From Octopus vulgaris (taxonomy: Eukaryota), in contig OX597823.1 in the NCBI GenBank assembly GCA_951406725.2, positions 37,696,001 through 37,760,000 on the forward strand: DNA of 64,000 nt. Reading direction: 5' to 3'. The position numbers and the translations under genes are program-made. This document shows, one piece after another, positions 51,859 through 64,000 of the stretch (its first letter is position 1; each line of letters starts with the position of its first letter). The notes beneath the pieces were generated by a model. The model did not search any database and was not told where the DNA came from. It saw only the letters and a program-made list of their open reading frames with translations.

Positions 51859-54800
51859 GCATCAATCTTCTAAAACTGGCAATTTTAGTTTAGTGTATCT
51901 TGTTAGGGAGACTTAGTTTAATGTCAAGTTCTCGAACACAGCATTGTGCTAAGGATAAGTAAACTCAGACAAACAATACAAGGGTTTTAGTTCTACAACT
52001 GAAATAGATTGTTGTTGGTTGTGGCAAAAGATGTAACAGACTGTGTTTCTGCCACTGATGTTGTGTTGTGTCCCTGGATAAGTTTCTAAAAACTCAACAG
52101 AACTGCCAACTGCAGCAAGTTTGAGGGGCTCTAAGGAGCAACAACTATTTTAGTAACTTGCAATATTGGGTTCAAATCTTCCAATCAACTTGAAGGCATG
52201 AGGTAATCTCTATGTTGTATTCTCTACAAAACTAATGAAACTGAAATATTTCTTATACAAGATTATAAAAATATAACATTGTACTGCAAAGTGTTTAATA
52301 GTTGAAAGAAGTTTGCAAACTTTTCCTGCATGATATGCTGATACACCTTGTTTGCAAGTGAAATAGCCAAGTGGACATGATTTTGGAAAACTTACCAATT
52401 TCAATCCATTATCGTGTCTCATTACATATTTGATGATTTCTCTTAGCTCTTGGGAAATGAGGTTAAAGCAGCACCTGCAAATGTTACCTATAACAGATCA
52501 GAGTCACCATTCAGAAATATTTCTTTCTCATTCTCTAAACATTATAAAACATGAACTAAGCACCAAGCAAAAATTTATAGAACATTGCACATAACAGCAG
52601 GGAAATAATTTAGTGTCAGTGAACTTTAGAGACTACAACACAGAAAAACATTCTCACAAGAATAAACAACATCAACAATATTTACTGTTGTCAGGGTCAC
52701 ATTTACCATATTAGTTTGGACAATAAGTTGGTTAGAAATAGGAAAAAAAAAAGAAAAAAAAAGAGCAATAACATGAAGAAAATAAGTAACAAAAAGAGTG
52801 AATATCAAATAAATGTTATTTGGTGCTAATTTGTTAACATTAGCTGCATGTTAAAACTCACAGCAGTGACTAGAGGACATTAAAAACGTAATTTTACTAA
52901 TGACTTAATTGAACATGCATGCTTAAAGGAAGTACAAATGTAGAAGTTATTTAGCTGTGTATACATAAACACACACACACACACGTATTAGAAACTATGC
53001 TTAATCTTGTCTTGTGCAAATCATATTACAAAAAGCTGTGGTAACCAAAAAAATAAATAAATAAATACATAAAATAAAAAGTTCAATTAAATGCAATTTA
53101 CAAGTAAACAGTCAACAATAAGTTTAGAAATTTGGTGGATGGAAGAGCCCAGGTTTGTCTTGTTTAATTACTTTGGTTTTAGAAGCACAAACAATGATTA
53201 AAAACTCATGGAACTGTGGCAGTGAGAGAACAGATGAATTGACAGAAGCAAACATGGTTGGCAGCATTTCCATGTAAGAGAGCAGTCAACAACAATGTTA
53301 GGTTGAAGGGGGAGGGGGAAAACAAATGGTTATGGATTCACTGATCTGTAGCAAAAGTGGACAACAGCTGGAGATATGGATCATTAAATTAAGGAAATGC
53401 TCAACAGAAGTGACTGTCCTGCAATTATTTTTTTTAAAGTAACGTATTTTGGTTGAAGCATAATTGGTAAGAACTTTTCACTTTTTAAAATAAATTTGAA
53501 CCAGGAAAGGATAGAACATAGCATCCTAAGCTTAAAGAACCATTTTCTTTTCCATTTCTTCTTTATTTTTTGTTCATTTGGAAGGTTCTAGAAATGTCAT
53601 ATTTTTAGCAAAAGTTTCTGAAGATTCACAATGCATATGGAGTGATACCAACCATTTAATCATCAAATGCTGTGAGAAGTCTTGTATAAGAGACAGAACA
53701 CCATAGATTTTAATAGAATTTGAACTTTGAATAATGAGCATTACAGTACAGGAGTTTCTGACTATTACAGAGAAGATGAAGGGAAGGAAAGGGAAAGAAT
53801 ACCAAAAGATAAAATGATTCTACTCCTGCCATAAATGATATGGAAAAAAATCCAGAATAAAGATTCCAGAATAGAACAAGGATTTCATAATTAAGCATAG
53901 AGATGCATTCACAAAGAATTATTCAAACTGGAGAATTCTTTCAGATAATAACAGGCATTCACACATGGCAATGTGGCATTTTAATAAATAATTGTAAGTG
54001 ATTTTACTTCGAGCTATGAGATGACAAGTGCTTCAGTAAAGTCACAAACAGTTAATAGATGGGGGATGTGTACAACTTTAGTCATTGTTGTAGATGTAAC
54101 AAACAGAGGTGAAACTTTACAAATAAAACTAATTTTGATTGTATCGATACATATGATGTACATGAATGCTATGTATGAAAGTGTGTATATGACAATATAT
54201 ATATATATACAAACATACATACAAATATGATTAAATCATTCTGGTGTTGGCCTACAGATTGAAGAGATGGCACTTTGTATCCCATAACAGTACTGTGTCC
54301 ATGGTAAAAATACTTAACTCTAAGTGGGTCAGTCCATATAGTTGTAAATAGAACTTCACAAGCACAATAAAATAATTAAAAAAAATTACTTGCAATAAAT
54401 ATACATTGAAGGGATGAAGATCACGAAACTGACTTCTTTCAACTGGCAACACCCACATAAAAAATTTTCCTCAGTGCCCCAGTGACCAAATGAAGTCTAG
54501 GGTTCATCACCATATATAATAACCCAGGGAGGGATCAATCAAAATAGGTCACTGAAAACTGAAGATATGTTTTATGTTATGATGATGTGCAATTTCATTA
54601 CAAGCTGAGGTCACAAGGAAGTTGTGTGTGTGTGTGTATTTATGCATGTATGCATGCATACTTATTTCATTTTGATAAAATTTTCAGATCCTGAAGTTTC
54701 ATGCAGATAGAAATAGCAATATTTCAGGATGTATTAAAATTACAAATGATATTAGTAACATTCTCTGCTATTTGTAAGACTCTCATCATCTTATAATAAT

Positions 54801-55419
54801 AGTGTCACTGGAAAATTACTGATTCCTTCAGCATGAACCTATGTTCTAGAGATTCAACATGAACTCAAAAGAATTGTTTATTCACCTTCTTGGGGTCGAG
54901 CACTCATTCATCTAGTTCATTACTAACATACACAATTTATTAATCCCCTCCAGTAAGATGTTAATTATCTAATCTTTCAAAATCAGATATTGATATACAA
55001 GTGACTGGCCATATTCACTTTAGAGGTTGGGAAAAATGTGAGTTTCCAAACATCAACAATTTCGGCAAGAATATTTTCTCTTCATTAGAATCAATGGCTA
55101 ACTTTGTATCTTGTATTTGGTACTTTCTTTTATGAGATCAAGAAGTTGACACATTTGTGACTGAACCTGGCATGATTTGAACTCAGAATAGCAAAAGCAT
55201 CCAACAAAAATTACTAACAGACAAATAAACCAAAATTCTGTCACAAACTTAGTTTGCCAAGAATTTAACCTTTACGCCATGCTATGAAAATAATGGTTTC
55301 TCACAGAGGCTTGGAACATAAATTATCAAAGAAAGGAAACTGGGATGTTTTTAGGAGCAATAAGCAATATATATGAATTGAAATGATTTCAACTGAGATG
55401 AGAAAACAAGTCAGAAATG

Positions 55420-55660
55420 ATAATAATAATTGTCTTAAATTTTGGTACAAGGCCAGCAATTTTTTTAGAGAGAAAGGATAACCAAACATTGTCATACATC
55501 AACCCTAGTACTTGACTCATACTTAATTCTATCAATCCTAGAAGGATGAAAGGCAAATTTGACCTCTGCAGTTTTTGAACTCAGAGCATAAAGAGTTAGA
55601 ATAAATGTTACTGACAATTTCACTGGGTGCTAATGATTCTGCCAGCCTGCCACCTTAGTA
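55420..55660 (-). mobile_element. Old SINE with Nin-like domain
   Basis: gaaggatgaaaggcaaatttgacctc...tttgaactcagagc. Confidence 0.7.
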
Positions 55661-56699
55661 ATAAGTTCTCACTGAGACAGATGGCAAATTACTAAAGGAA
55701 GAGGGGGAGTCAATCAAATAAACTTCAGCATATCATGAGTACAGTAGAGAAGGTGATACTGGTGGGATTTGAACTCAGAAGCTAAAAAGCATGATGCATT
55801 TAGTACAGCACCACTACCACAATAATGAGCGGTGTATATCTCCTGCCATTGTTATTAATAAGGGTGCATTCTTTGAGGGTATGGGGGAAGTGGCTTTCAA
55901 AGAAATGTGCAAATAAAAAAGGGAGGGACACAATGCAGATTTAGTAATAATAATAATAATAAATTCAAATTTGAATGTGAAGAGATTTTAGACTCAAACT
56001 TAAATATATATCTTTTGCCACATCTTCCATAGATAATACATAAATGCAAGGTTATGTGTAGATGAATGCCTAAGTTTCTTTTTTAAGAGTGCATCTACTG
56101 GCTGTGTTTATAGCATGTAAATGTATACATGTTTGATACAAACAAATACTTATTTTAAAATAGTATTAACCCCTGAATTCTTTCAAGGAACAAAGAAAAT
56201 ATTTTAAAAATGACTGTATTCTTGAAAAAAAAATGCCCCTAAATCAGGCAGAATGACTAAATAGTAGAAAAAGAAATGTAATGTTGAAGAAAAATGGGAT
56301 TCACCATACCACATAGAGGTGGGGGAAGAAAACCAAACTGTTGATGAGTTTCCTTATAAAGTATGTAAATTTTAGCGACAAGTTACTATTCCAGAGAAAT
56401 GCCACCTAGTTATTTCCCCTGAAATGTTAGTCATTCAATTCATTATCTCCCTTCCACCTTCTGCTCGCCCTTTTCTTTCTATAACAGCAATGCTGTAGTC
56501 AATAGGGATTAAAGGTTCTTCTGGTTTATAGTTCACCTCTTGGTGTGGCTTTGTGACATGAAATTTGGTTGAGTTTGGATGGTATGGGTTTGATGTGCTC
56601 AACTTCACAACCCTGATGTGGATGGCTTTTAATGGCGTATGCTCAGGCCACTAGATGTGGAAAGACACAAATTTGATGGCTGTTGCTGCTGCACTCAGG

Positions 56700-56747
56700 A
56701 GCATACAACAGGGACTTGTACCTGCAAAAAATTAGAAAAAGAAAATG
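56700..56747 (-). other. Probable splice acceptor of the 3' UTR exon of the zinc-finger gene (exon starts at 56721, end unknown)
   Basis: Minus strand cattttctttttCTAATtttttgcAG|G: pyrimidine tract, branch-point-like CTAAT, CAG|G; the region downstream (about 52-56.7 kb) is repeat-poor. Confidence 0.55.
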
Positions 56748-58359
56748 ATTTTTTATTAGTTTGTAACTATGATGATGATGAAGGTGGTTTTCCTAGAGAG
56801 CCCTTTTAATTTTACGGTAACTATTTGGTACAATGACTAGTTTATTCAACTGTAATTAATTGCTCATCAATATTTTGCTACAACTTGCATTAATGGTGAA
56901 CATGAAGAACTACCACTACTCATCTCAATCCATTATCAGCAGCACAATTCTCCATAAAAGGTCTTGGAAGGGCACCCATAGTTTACCATGCCATGAGTTG
57001 GTTCCCAGATGATCTACTGGCAGGTACAATTTATACATCACTAATTGTAGTCTGTATTTCAGGAGCCAAAGATAGTGGTTCTTCGTGGACAGCTGTAGTT
57101 ATAGCAACTAAAGCCTAGTGCACAAAGAATATTAATAGGATGTCAGTAGTAAGACCAGGGTGGACAAAGCTCCAAGATGCAGACTGGATATGACAGTTGT
57201 TGATTAATTACAAGCTTCCTACTGCCTTCTTGGTGGAGGTGGGAAATAAATGACCCGGTCCATTGATTATTAATGATGAAAATCTGCCCAATTAAGTCCT
57301 AAATATACTTGTTGTTTAACCATAACTAAATCCTGCAGTCTTGTAAAAAGAGGAAGATAAAAAGATTCTGGCACCCAATTTCAAAGTATTTTTCCTCTTA
57401 GAGAGCCATAGGAAGGTGCAGGTGTGGCTGAGAAGCCTCATTTCTAACTATGTGATCTTGGGTTTAGACCTACTGTATGGCATCTTAGGCAAGTGTCTTC
57501 CACCAAATCAGTCCAGAGTTACAGTAGGAGACACTTGCTTAAAGTGCTATGCAATGGGATTGAATCGAAAACCACATGGTTGCTAAGCAAGCTTGTTAAT
57601 CACACAGCCATACTTGTGTCTGTGTATGTATAAAATTTAGAATACTGTTTTCTAAAAGATGACAGAATGCTGACTGTTCTAAAAGTGGCCCAGTATAACA
57701 GTAATTCTGCTCCTGCTTACCTGTTTGGGCATACCTCATTCAACTGTCAGGAGCAGTCCATGCAGGTGGATGTAGAAAAAGAAGACAGTAGACCAGCAAT
57801 CCTAGTATCCCTGAGCCTTAGCAATCAATGGAGTTACTAGGGTTGGGGTGTAAAAACCCATATAGTTTGTGTACCTGTGCAATTTATGCAGGTGATTTTC
57901 AGGATAAAATTTGTTAAAAAAAGCTACTACTCATGTAAAATTTGCACCCAATAGTTCAGAATTGCCGATATAGCCAGGGAAAAAAAGGTTTTCAATTCAG
58001 TTGTATTCATAATTTCACTTACTTAGGATTAGATTTTATTAAATAAAAATAATTTCTGTTTAGCAGGTATCACATTGAAAGCTATTAAATTACAAAATGT
58101 TTATGTTGTTCATAATAAACTTTATTTTACATTTCTTGTCCACAAGAAATTATGTCCGATCTTTAGCATACTGCTGTATGTCTTCTCAAATCAAGGACAT
58201 GATAGATTTATATATTTCATTTGCACTTATATTTAGTGGTGTACAGGACTGTATTTCAGAAGTTCCAATCTCCAACACTTCTGACAATGGTTGAGTAATT
58301 TCTTAATGAAGCAATTTTGAATTTTGCTTTTGTCTTTTTATTGCTTTAATTCACATGTG

Positions 58360-58500
58360 AAGGCAGGTGGTTTCACATACAACTGTTAGAGCACTGGACC
58401 CATGACTGCAAGGTTTGATTCCTGGATTGGGCAGTATATTGCGTCTTTGGGTAAAGCACTTCATTCTGCATTGTTCCAGTCTACTCAGCAGTAAATGCAG
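58360..58500 (+). mobile_element. Degenerate family B-like SINE head
   Basis: ggtttgattcctgg...gtctttgggtaaagcacttcattctgcattgttccagtctactcagc. Confidence 0.6.
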
Positions 58501-59066
58501 TTGACTATTAATGCATCTCTCTCTCTCTCTCAATATCTCATCCTCAATGTTTCATTGGATCAGGAGGTGGGGAGTCTGAAACTATATAGGCAACCTAAAA
58601 ATTTTAGCAAAAGCACAGTTCAAGTGATCAAGCCATATTCACATGTGATGGCTAAGCTTTAGTTATATTTTTTACTCTTCACAGACTGGTTGGAAGTTAA
58701 ATCTTGATGAAGAATTCAATAAAGATTGTGAAGAGTGAAACCAAATTGAAACATTGCCCATATTACATGGATTAGTTTACTGATGAATAGGTGAAATAAA
58801 TAATACTGAATCAGTAATGTAGGGATGGTACTTGCAAGTCTAGCAAACTAAGACAAACAGGGTAATGTGCCTAGCTAAGGAGCATGGCATAATGACAGCA
58901 GTTCTGTTTGAACTAACAAGCATGGAAACAATTAATGCAAGACCTTAATGGTTGTTTAATAAAAGATAATATACATAATAAATAAATAAAAGCAAAATTA
59001 TTTCAAAGCACTCACCTGTAATAATGTTTACACAGGCTAACATTCCCTGATTGATAATGGGACAGG

Positions 59067-60185
59067 TCACACCTTGAGTTTATGAACCCATCGCCTGTGA
59101 TTATGTAGCTGTATGAGATTGCCTAAGCCTCGTCCACATTCTCGACAATGAACAGGTGTGCAATTTCTCTTTCGGTGCTGATCAAAGTAGTATTTGCATA
59201 TAAAACAATATTTACACTTGTCACAGAAAAACAGGCCTTCACCATTATGCTTCTTTTTAATGTGCAGCTTTAGAGAATATAACCGAAAGAAGGTTTTTTT
59301 ACACTTGCTGCATTGGTGCTTGGCTTCTTCATGCACACCAATCATATGCCGCTGGCAGGCAGATCGATTGGGAAACTTCATGCCACATATTGCACATGTG
59401 TCAGAGGTCACAGCATATTTTTTGGGTACTGTTGAAACAATTTTTACAACCTCTTTCTCATCAGAACTGCACACTTCCTCAGTGACTGTATACTCTTCCC
59501 CTATAGTTTGTACCCCAACATCGAGGTATGTATTCCCATAGCCATCAGCTGAGACAACTTCTAGAGGAATGCAACTTTCTTCAGTTTCAATGTCCTTCTG
59601 AATAAGAATAATGTTAGATTCAGCTGGATTAAGCATTTCATGCACCCTCATAGAATTATCAACAGCTTCAACAAGGCATTCTTTATCTGCAGGTTCACCA
59701 GAAGCAGTTACTGTTTCTTCATTTTCTACTTTTACCTCAGAATCAGAAACCAAACTAATCAGTTGAATTTGCATATGCCATTCATCTCCCAACTCACCAA
59801 CTGTTTGTATATTTTCTGTTTTCACATCAGTGACAAGACCTGTGGTATCTATATCACCATTGGCAACCATCTGCATATGCCAGGCAGTATCCAATTCTGT
59901 GTAGCCAGATTCAATTACAGTCTGTTGTGACACAACAGAATCATCGTCTGATGGCTGATTGAATGATAAACAGCCCTCAAGTATTACTGTGTTTTCATCA
60001 GTGACACCATCTGATGAAATAATAGTTTCTGTTTCTTCATCAGGGCTCTGGTTAGCAATTAGCATTTCAGAATTGTTTCCTTTTTCTAAATTAAGAGTGC
60101 AGTCAAGATCTGAGGACTCTAAGTTGCTGTCACGGATATTTGAGATAATCAAGCCACACTCATGGCTTGCCGAGTCAACTTCCAT
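59067..60185 (-). CDS. C2H2 zinc-finger protein, 372 aa, acidic N-terminus and four C-terminal fingers
   Basis: Fingers CAIC..H.IGVH, CSKC..H.KKKH, CDKC..H.KRNC (C2HC) and CREC..H.RWVH; acceptor tttttatAG before 60226; in-frame stop upstream of the ATG; donor CAG|GTGAGT after 59016. Confidence 0.9.
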   Translation of the reverse strand: MEVDSASHECGLIISNIRDSNLESSDLDCTLNLEKGNNSEMLIANQSPDEETETIISSDGVTDENTVILEGCLSFNQPSDDDSVVSQQTVIESGYTELDTAWHMQMVANGDIDTTGLVTDVKTENIQTVGELGDEWHMQIQLISLVSDSEVKVENEETVTASGEPADKECLVEAVDNSMRVHEMLNPAESNIILIQKDIETEESCIPLEVVSADGYGNTYLDVGVQTIGEEYTVTEEVCSSDEKEVVKIVSTVPKKYAVTSDTCAICGMKFPNRSACQRHMIGVHEEAKHQCSKCKKTFFRLYSLKLHIKKKHNGEGLFFCDKCKYCFICKYYFDQHRKRNCTPVHCRECGRGLGNLIQLHNHRRWVHKLKV

Positions 60186-60469
60186 AATGATGTTTCATAC
60201 CGCAAGAAATAAATATATGTTTGCACCTATAAAAAGATGAAATAAAAAACAATATCATTACATTTGAAAATCACAATACCTGCAACATCATTATCAATAT
60301 AGCGAAGGATGCCATCATGCATTGCACAATCTGCAGTCCCTACCCTTCCTACTGTAATTGATTCTTTTAGTCCATTTTCTACAGAATCTCTACAAAATCC
60401 ACTTTTCTTCACTTCTTGGCCAAAACGATTTTGTGAACAGTATTCCTGCCAAGACAACCTCTACATTTC

Positions 60470-61900
60470 CTCTCCACCTCACACACTAAAACTCCTCTAT
60501 TTCTATCCCATTCTACTCCATCAGGTGTGAAAATACATTCACATGCTTGAAACTAACATGGCCACCAGCCTGATATTATCTCTTCCATAACTTTGAAATA
60601 GAGCTACCCTCTATCCTCGCCAAATTATCAATCTCTTTCTCACTTAACAGATTACTCAATCTTTGGAAACATGTTACAATGTGACCCAATTTCCAAGAAC
60701 TGCAACCCCTCTATTCTTGCCAACTAAGAATCTTCTTGCACTCACTTCTAATAACTTAAAAGTGATGAAGACAGTCACTAACAACTAACTTCTTGAATCT
60801 CTTCTCTTTCTCTCTCTTCTTAAAGTTTGTCCCTGATACCAGCAATTCCCTGGTGTGTACCACATCTGCTCTTAAAACCAGCTAACTGTGGTCTCTGCCT
60901 GTCTTTCATCTCTTCAATCAAATTACCAACACAGTATGAACAGATGAAACTCTCTCTCTCTCTATTGTTGTAATCCAACATTCAGGTCCCACCCCACTTC
61001 TTTGTCCAATATCTTAATAATCTATTTGTTATCACCATCAACAATGCCCACTCCTACACAGATTACACCACCCTTTAGTCATCCCCAATCTTCTACATAC
61101 AAGCATCATTCTCATATATCTAAACTCTTTAAGCCATATTGACCAGATGAGCAGAGACCTTGAAAACATCCAGCAATGGAGTCAATCCAGTTTTGTTTGC
61201 CTCAACAATAGAAAAAACATAAACAAACAATCACTGCACATCTCAAGAAAAGCATTATGATACTCCCCACAAAATGAACAGACTGCAACTAGAACCCACA
61301 CAACCCTTTCAAATAGGTTCCACCATCAATAAAGATCACTCCTGGTGGACACACACAGTGTTGCTATAAAAAAGGCTATATCTCAAAGACTGATTTTCTT
61401 CTTCAGAACCAGAAAATATCACAGCTCCCAATAAGTATTAACCATCAATAAAACTTAGGTGGTGGATGAGGTGGGTACAATGGAGTTCTCATCCTTCCCC
61501 ATCTGGAATGGTGCTGCTGTTATGTACATAGTCATCCTGGATCATATCCAAAGAAAGGCAACTTATCTGATTGGTATAAAGTCATTCACCAACATCCTCC
61601 AACCTCCAGCCTACAGATAAAGTGTCTCCTCCTCCTGTCTTTTTTATTACTACTATAGTGGTCTCTGCTCTTGGTTTCCTGTTCCCACCATTCAGGCTAC
61701 ACCACTTTTTCTGTCCTCTACAGACCCACACTAAACATTACACCTAAATCCTTCTTGCCCTAGATGTTGGATTCCCATGTTTTTCCTGAAACCATCAAAC
61801 TGGAACAGCTATAGCAGTACACAGCATCAATCCCACCAGTCTGGAGTACTTGTGAAGGACATGGACCCAACCTCTCCTTCCAGATCAAATCACTAACAAT
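60470..61900 (+). mobile_element. Old CR1-group LINE RT relic, antisense within the probable upstream intron of the zinc-finger gene
   Basis: HSYTDYTTL (YADD-like), IWNGAA..IVILDHIQRKA and LQP...VSSSCLFYYYYSGLCS remnants; homologous to 13660-14500. Confidence 0.65.
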
Positions 61901-62034
61901 AAAAAAAATGTTAACTGAATCCAAATCTAGTGAAAACTGAAGGCAGAAATGTGCAACAGTGACTATTCCCCATTTTACAGCACATCAAATTAGGAAAAAC
62001 ATGAGTGAAATATATTTTATTGACATGAGTATGT

Positions 62035-62835
62035 GCAAGCATGGCTGTGTGGTTAAGGAGCTGGCTTCCCAATTACATGGTTTTGGGTGGCACCTTGGGC
62101 AAGTGTCTTCTACTATAGCTCCAGGCAGAATAAAGGGTATTTGAGTGGATGTGATAAAAAGATACTGAAAGGAACCAGTGTGTGACAGTATATATATATT
62201 CTAATGTTCACAGAGCCATACCTGTACCAATTATATACATATCTACCGAACTATATATATATGCATAAATGTAATTGTTTTCCCAAATAAACAGCACTTC
62301 ATGTCTGAGGCTCTGATGAAGCTATAAGGTGTTACTCAGGCACTCAAGTATAAGCCCACTGCATCTTATAGCAGAAACAGCTGAAAGCTATTGAAGTTCA
62401 TAAGATAATTGTTTATTCCTTTGTTATTTCATTTTCTTAATATTCCTCAGTAGTTGACTAATGCTCCTTTCTGAAGTACATGTATTCTGAGTTCTATACT
62501 AAGTTATTAGTTTCACAATGCCTAAGCAATACACACATACACAATCAAATTCATGATCATCATCCAATGTCCATGCTCCATGCTGATATAATCTCAATGA
62601 TCTCACACACATACATCATATGTGTGTATGTATGTCTCCTTGCCTTGACATAGTGTGTTAGTTGTAAATGAGTGCCACTTGTTTCTAAACTTTTGAGAAA
62701 ACATATCTGACCATGGTGAATTACCTTGATTGGAAATAGGTAAAGGTTAGGAACAAGAAGGGCAGCTGGTCCTAATAAATCAACCTTAAATTTCATCTGG
62801 CTCACACAAGCATGGAAAACAACAATGACAGTAAT
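62035..62835 (+). mobile_element. RTE-tailed SINE interrupted by a Penelope-like short repeat
   Basis: Head at 62035-62185; body and tail at about 62620-62835 (cacacaagcatggaaaac). Confidence 0.65.
62309..62389 (+). ncRNA. Candidate type I hammerhead-like motif with long stem II and mutated cleavage site
   Basis: GGCT-CTGATGA-A-GCTATAAGGTG...CATCTTATAGC-A-GAAA-CAGCTG-AA-AGCT. Confidence 0.55.
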
Positions 62836-63214
62836 GATAGAAGGCTGAAAGTTAACAACAGTATGATTTGAACTCATCAACTAAGTGGGTAGAAATAGAC
62901 ACTAAGCAGTATTTATAAAAATAATTGTTGCTAAAATAGGCACAGGGAATGACATTTTAAGGAAGGAGCTAGCTGGTACCATCAACCCCAGTACTGGACT
63001 GGTGGCAGAATTTAAATATAATAATATATTGTAAAGTGATTGGCATTAGGAAGGACATCTAGCCATAGAAACCATGCCAAAACAGACAATAGAGTTTGGC
63101 ACAGCACTCCAGGTTGCCAACATAGAGAATGGATGATAAACAATGATGAATAATGATGTTTTACACTTATACTACTACTGCTACTAATAATAAAAATAAT
63201 GATTTCTTATTAAT

Positions 63215-63545
63215 ATCATCATCATCGTCATTTGACGTCTGTTTTCCATGCTGGTTTGAGAAGATCTGGTGTACCACAGAGTTGCATTGTGCTCCATAAA
63301 GATTAAGCTTCGCCGGTGGCACGTAAAAAGCACCATCCGATCGTGGCCGTTTGACAGCCTCGTCTGGCACCTGTGCCGGTGGCACGTAAAAAGCACCCAC
63401 TACACTCATGGAGTGGTTGGCGTTAGGATGGGTATCCAGCCGTAGAAACATTGCCAGATCAGACTGGGCCAGGTGCAGCCTTCTGGCTTCCCAGACCCCA
63501 TGTTAGCATGGAAAACGGACGCTAAACGATGATGATGATGATGAA
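63215..63545. mobile_element. RTE 3' UTR fragments: short minus-strand tail at 63215-63255 and young plus-strand copy at 63312-63545
   Basis: (CAT)n at left, (ATG)n at right, two GGTGGCACGTAAAAAGCACC modules. Confidence 0.85.
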
Positions 63546-64000
63546 GCAAAGGTAAGACAAATGATAATAAAGCTAGATTAACACCTAACTACACAATTTA
63601 CTACAGCTTTGTGTTAAGCACTAGAGAGAAAAAATTCTTCAAATTATTCCCCAATCGCGCAGAAAATTAACATTGCTATAATAGATTTGAAAATAAAGTT
63701 AACCGCTCAATTTCCCCATTATTAACTAGTTTCCATTGTATCAAAGAAAAGAAAAAAAGTGAACGAACGAGTTTCCAACAAATCAAAAGAACCTATCGAT
63801 TAGAAATCTCAGAACCATATATACAAACCAATTCTGAGAGGGTACAATTCTAGTGACTATACTTAACTGCACAATATATTGAGAAATTTTCGATATAATT
63901 ATAATTCCTCGATATGGGCGTTTACAGAATTTCGTTTCATGCAACCTCTGTAAACTGTTAACATTAAAAAAAAATATTCACCTATTATTTGATAAAATGT

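Overview
AT-rich, microsatellite-dense animal genomic DNA. Its repeat complement (tRNA-derived SINEs with CORE-like or Nin-like bodies, RTE LINEs ending in (ATG)n) strongly suggests an octopus or other coleoid cephalopod; this is an inference from family recognition, not a search. The only well-supported host gene is a minus-strand C2H2 zinc-finger gene with a single coding exon (CDS 59067-60185) and a probable intron in its 3' UTR. The rest is mostly transposon debris: Tc1 (DD34E), mariner and maT-like (DD37D) relics, hAT MITEs, a non-autonomous Helitron, RTE and CR1-group LINEs and many SINEs, often nested. A CpG-retaining, promoter-like domain lies at about 16.5-23 kb. The most notable signal is a set of minimal type I hammerhead-ribozyme-like motifs in short Penelope-like repeats (26829-26879, 29178-29215, 40567-40609, 62309-62389). 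One has a compensatory G3-C8 core, and two sit at the fold-back point of long near-perfect palindromes. Also notable: a PHD-type finger inside the RTE reverse-transcriptase ORF, and a compositionally distinct RTE copy that is a horizontal-transfer candidate. Coordinates were counted by eye and boundaries of degenerate repeats are approximate.
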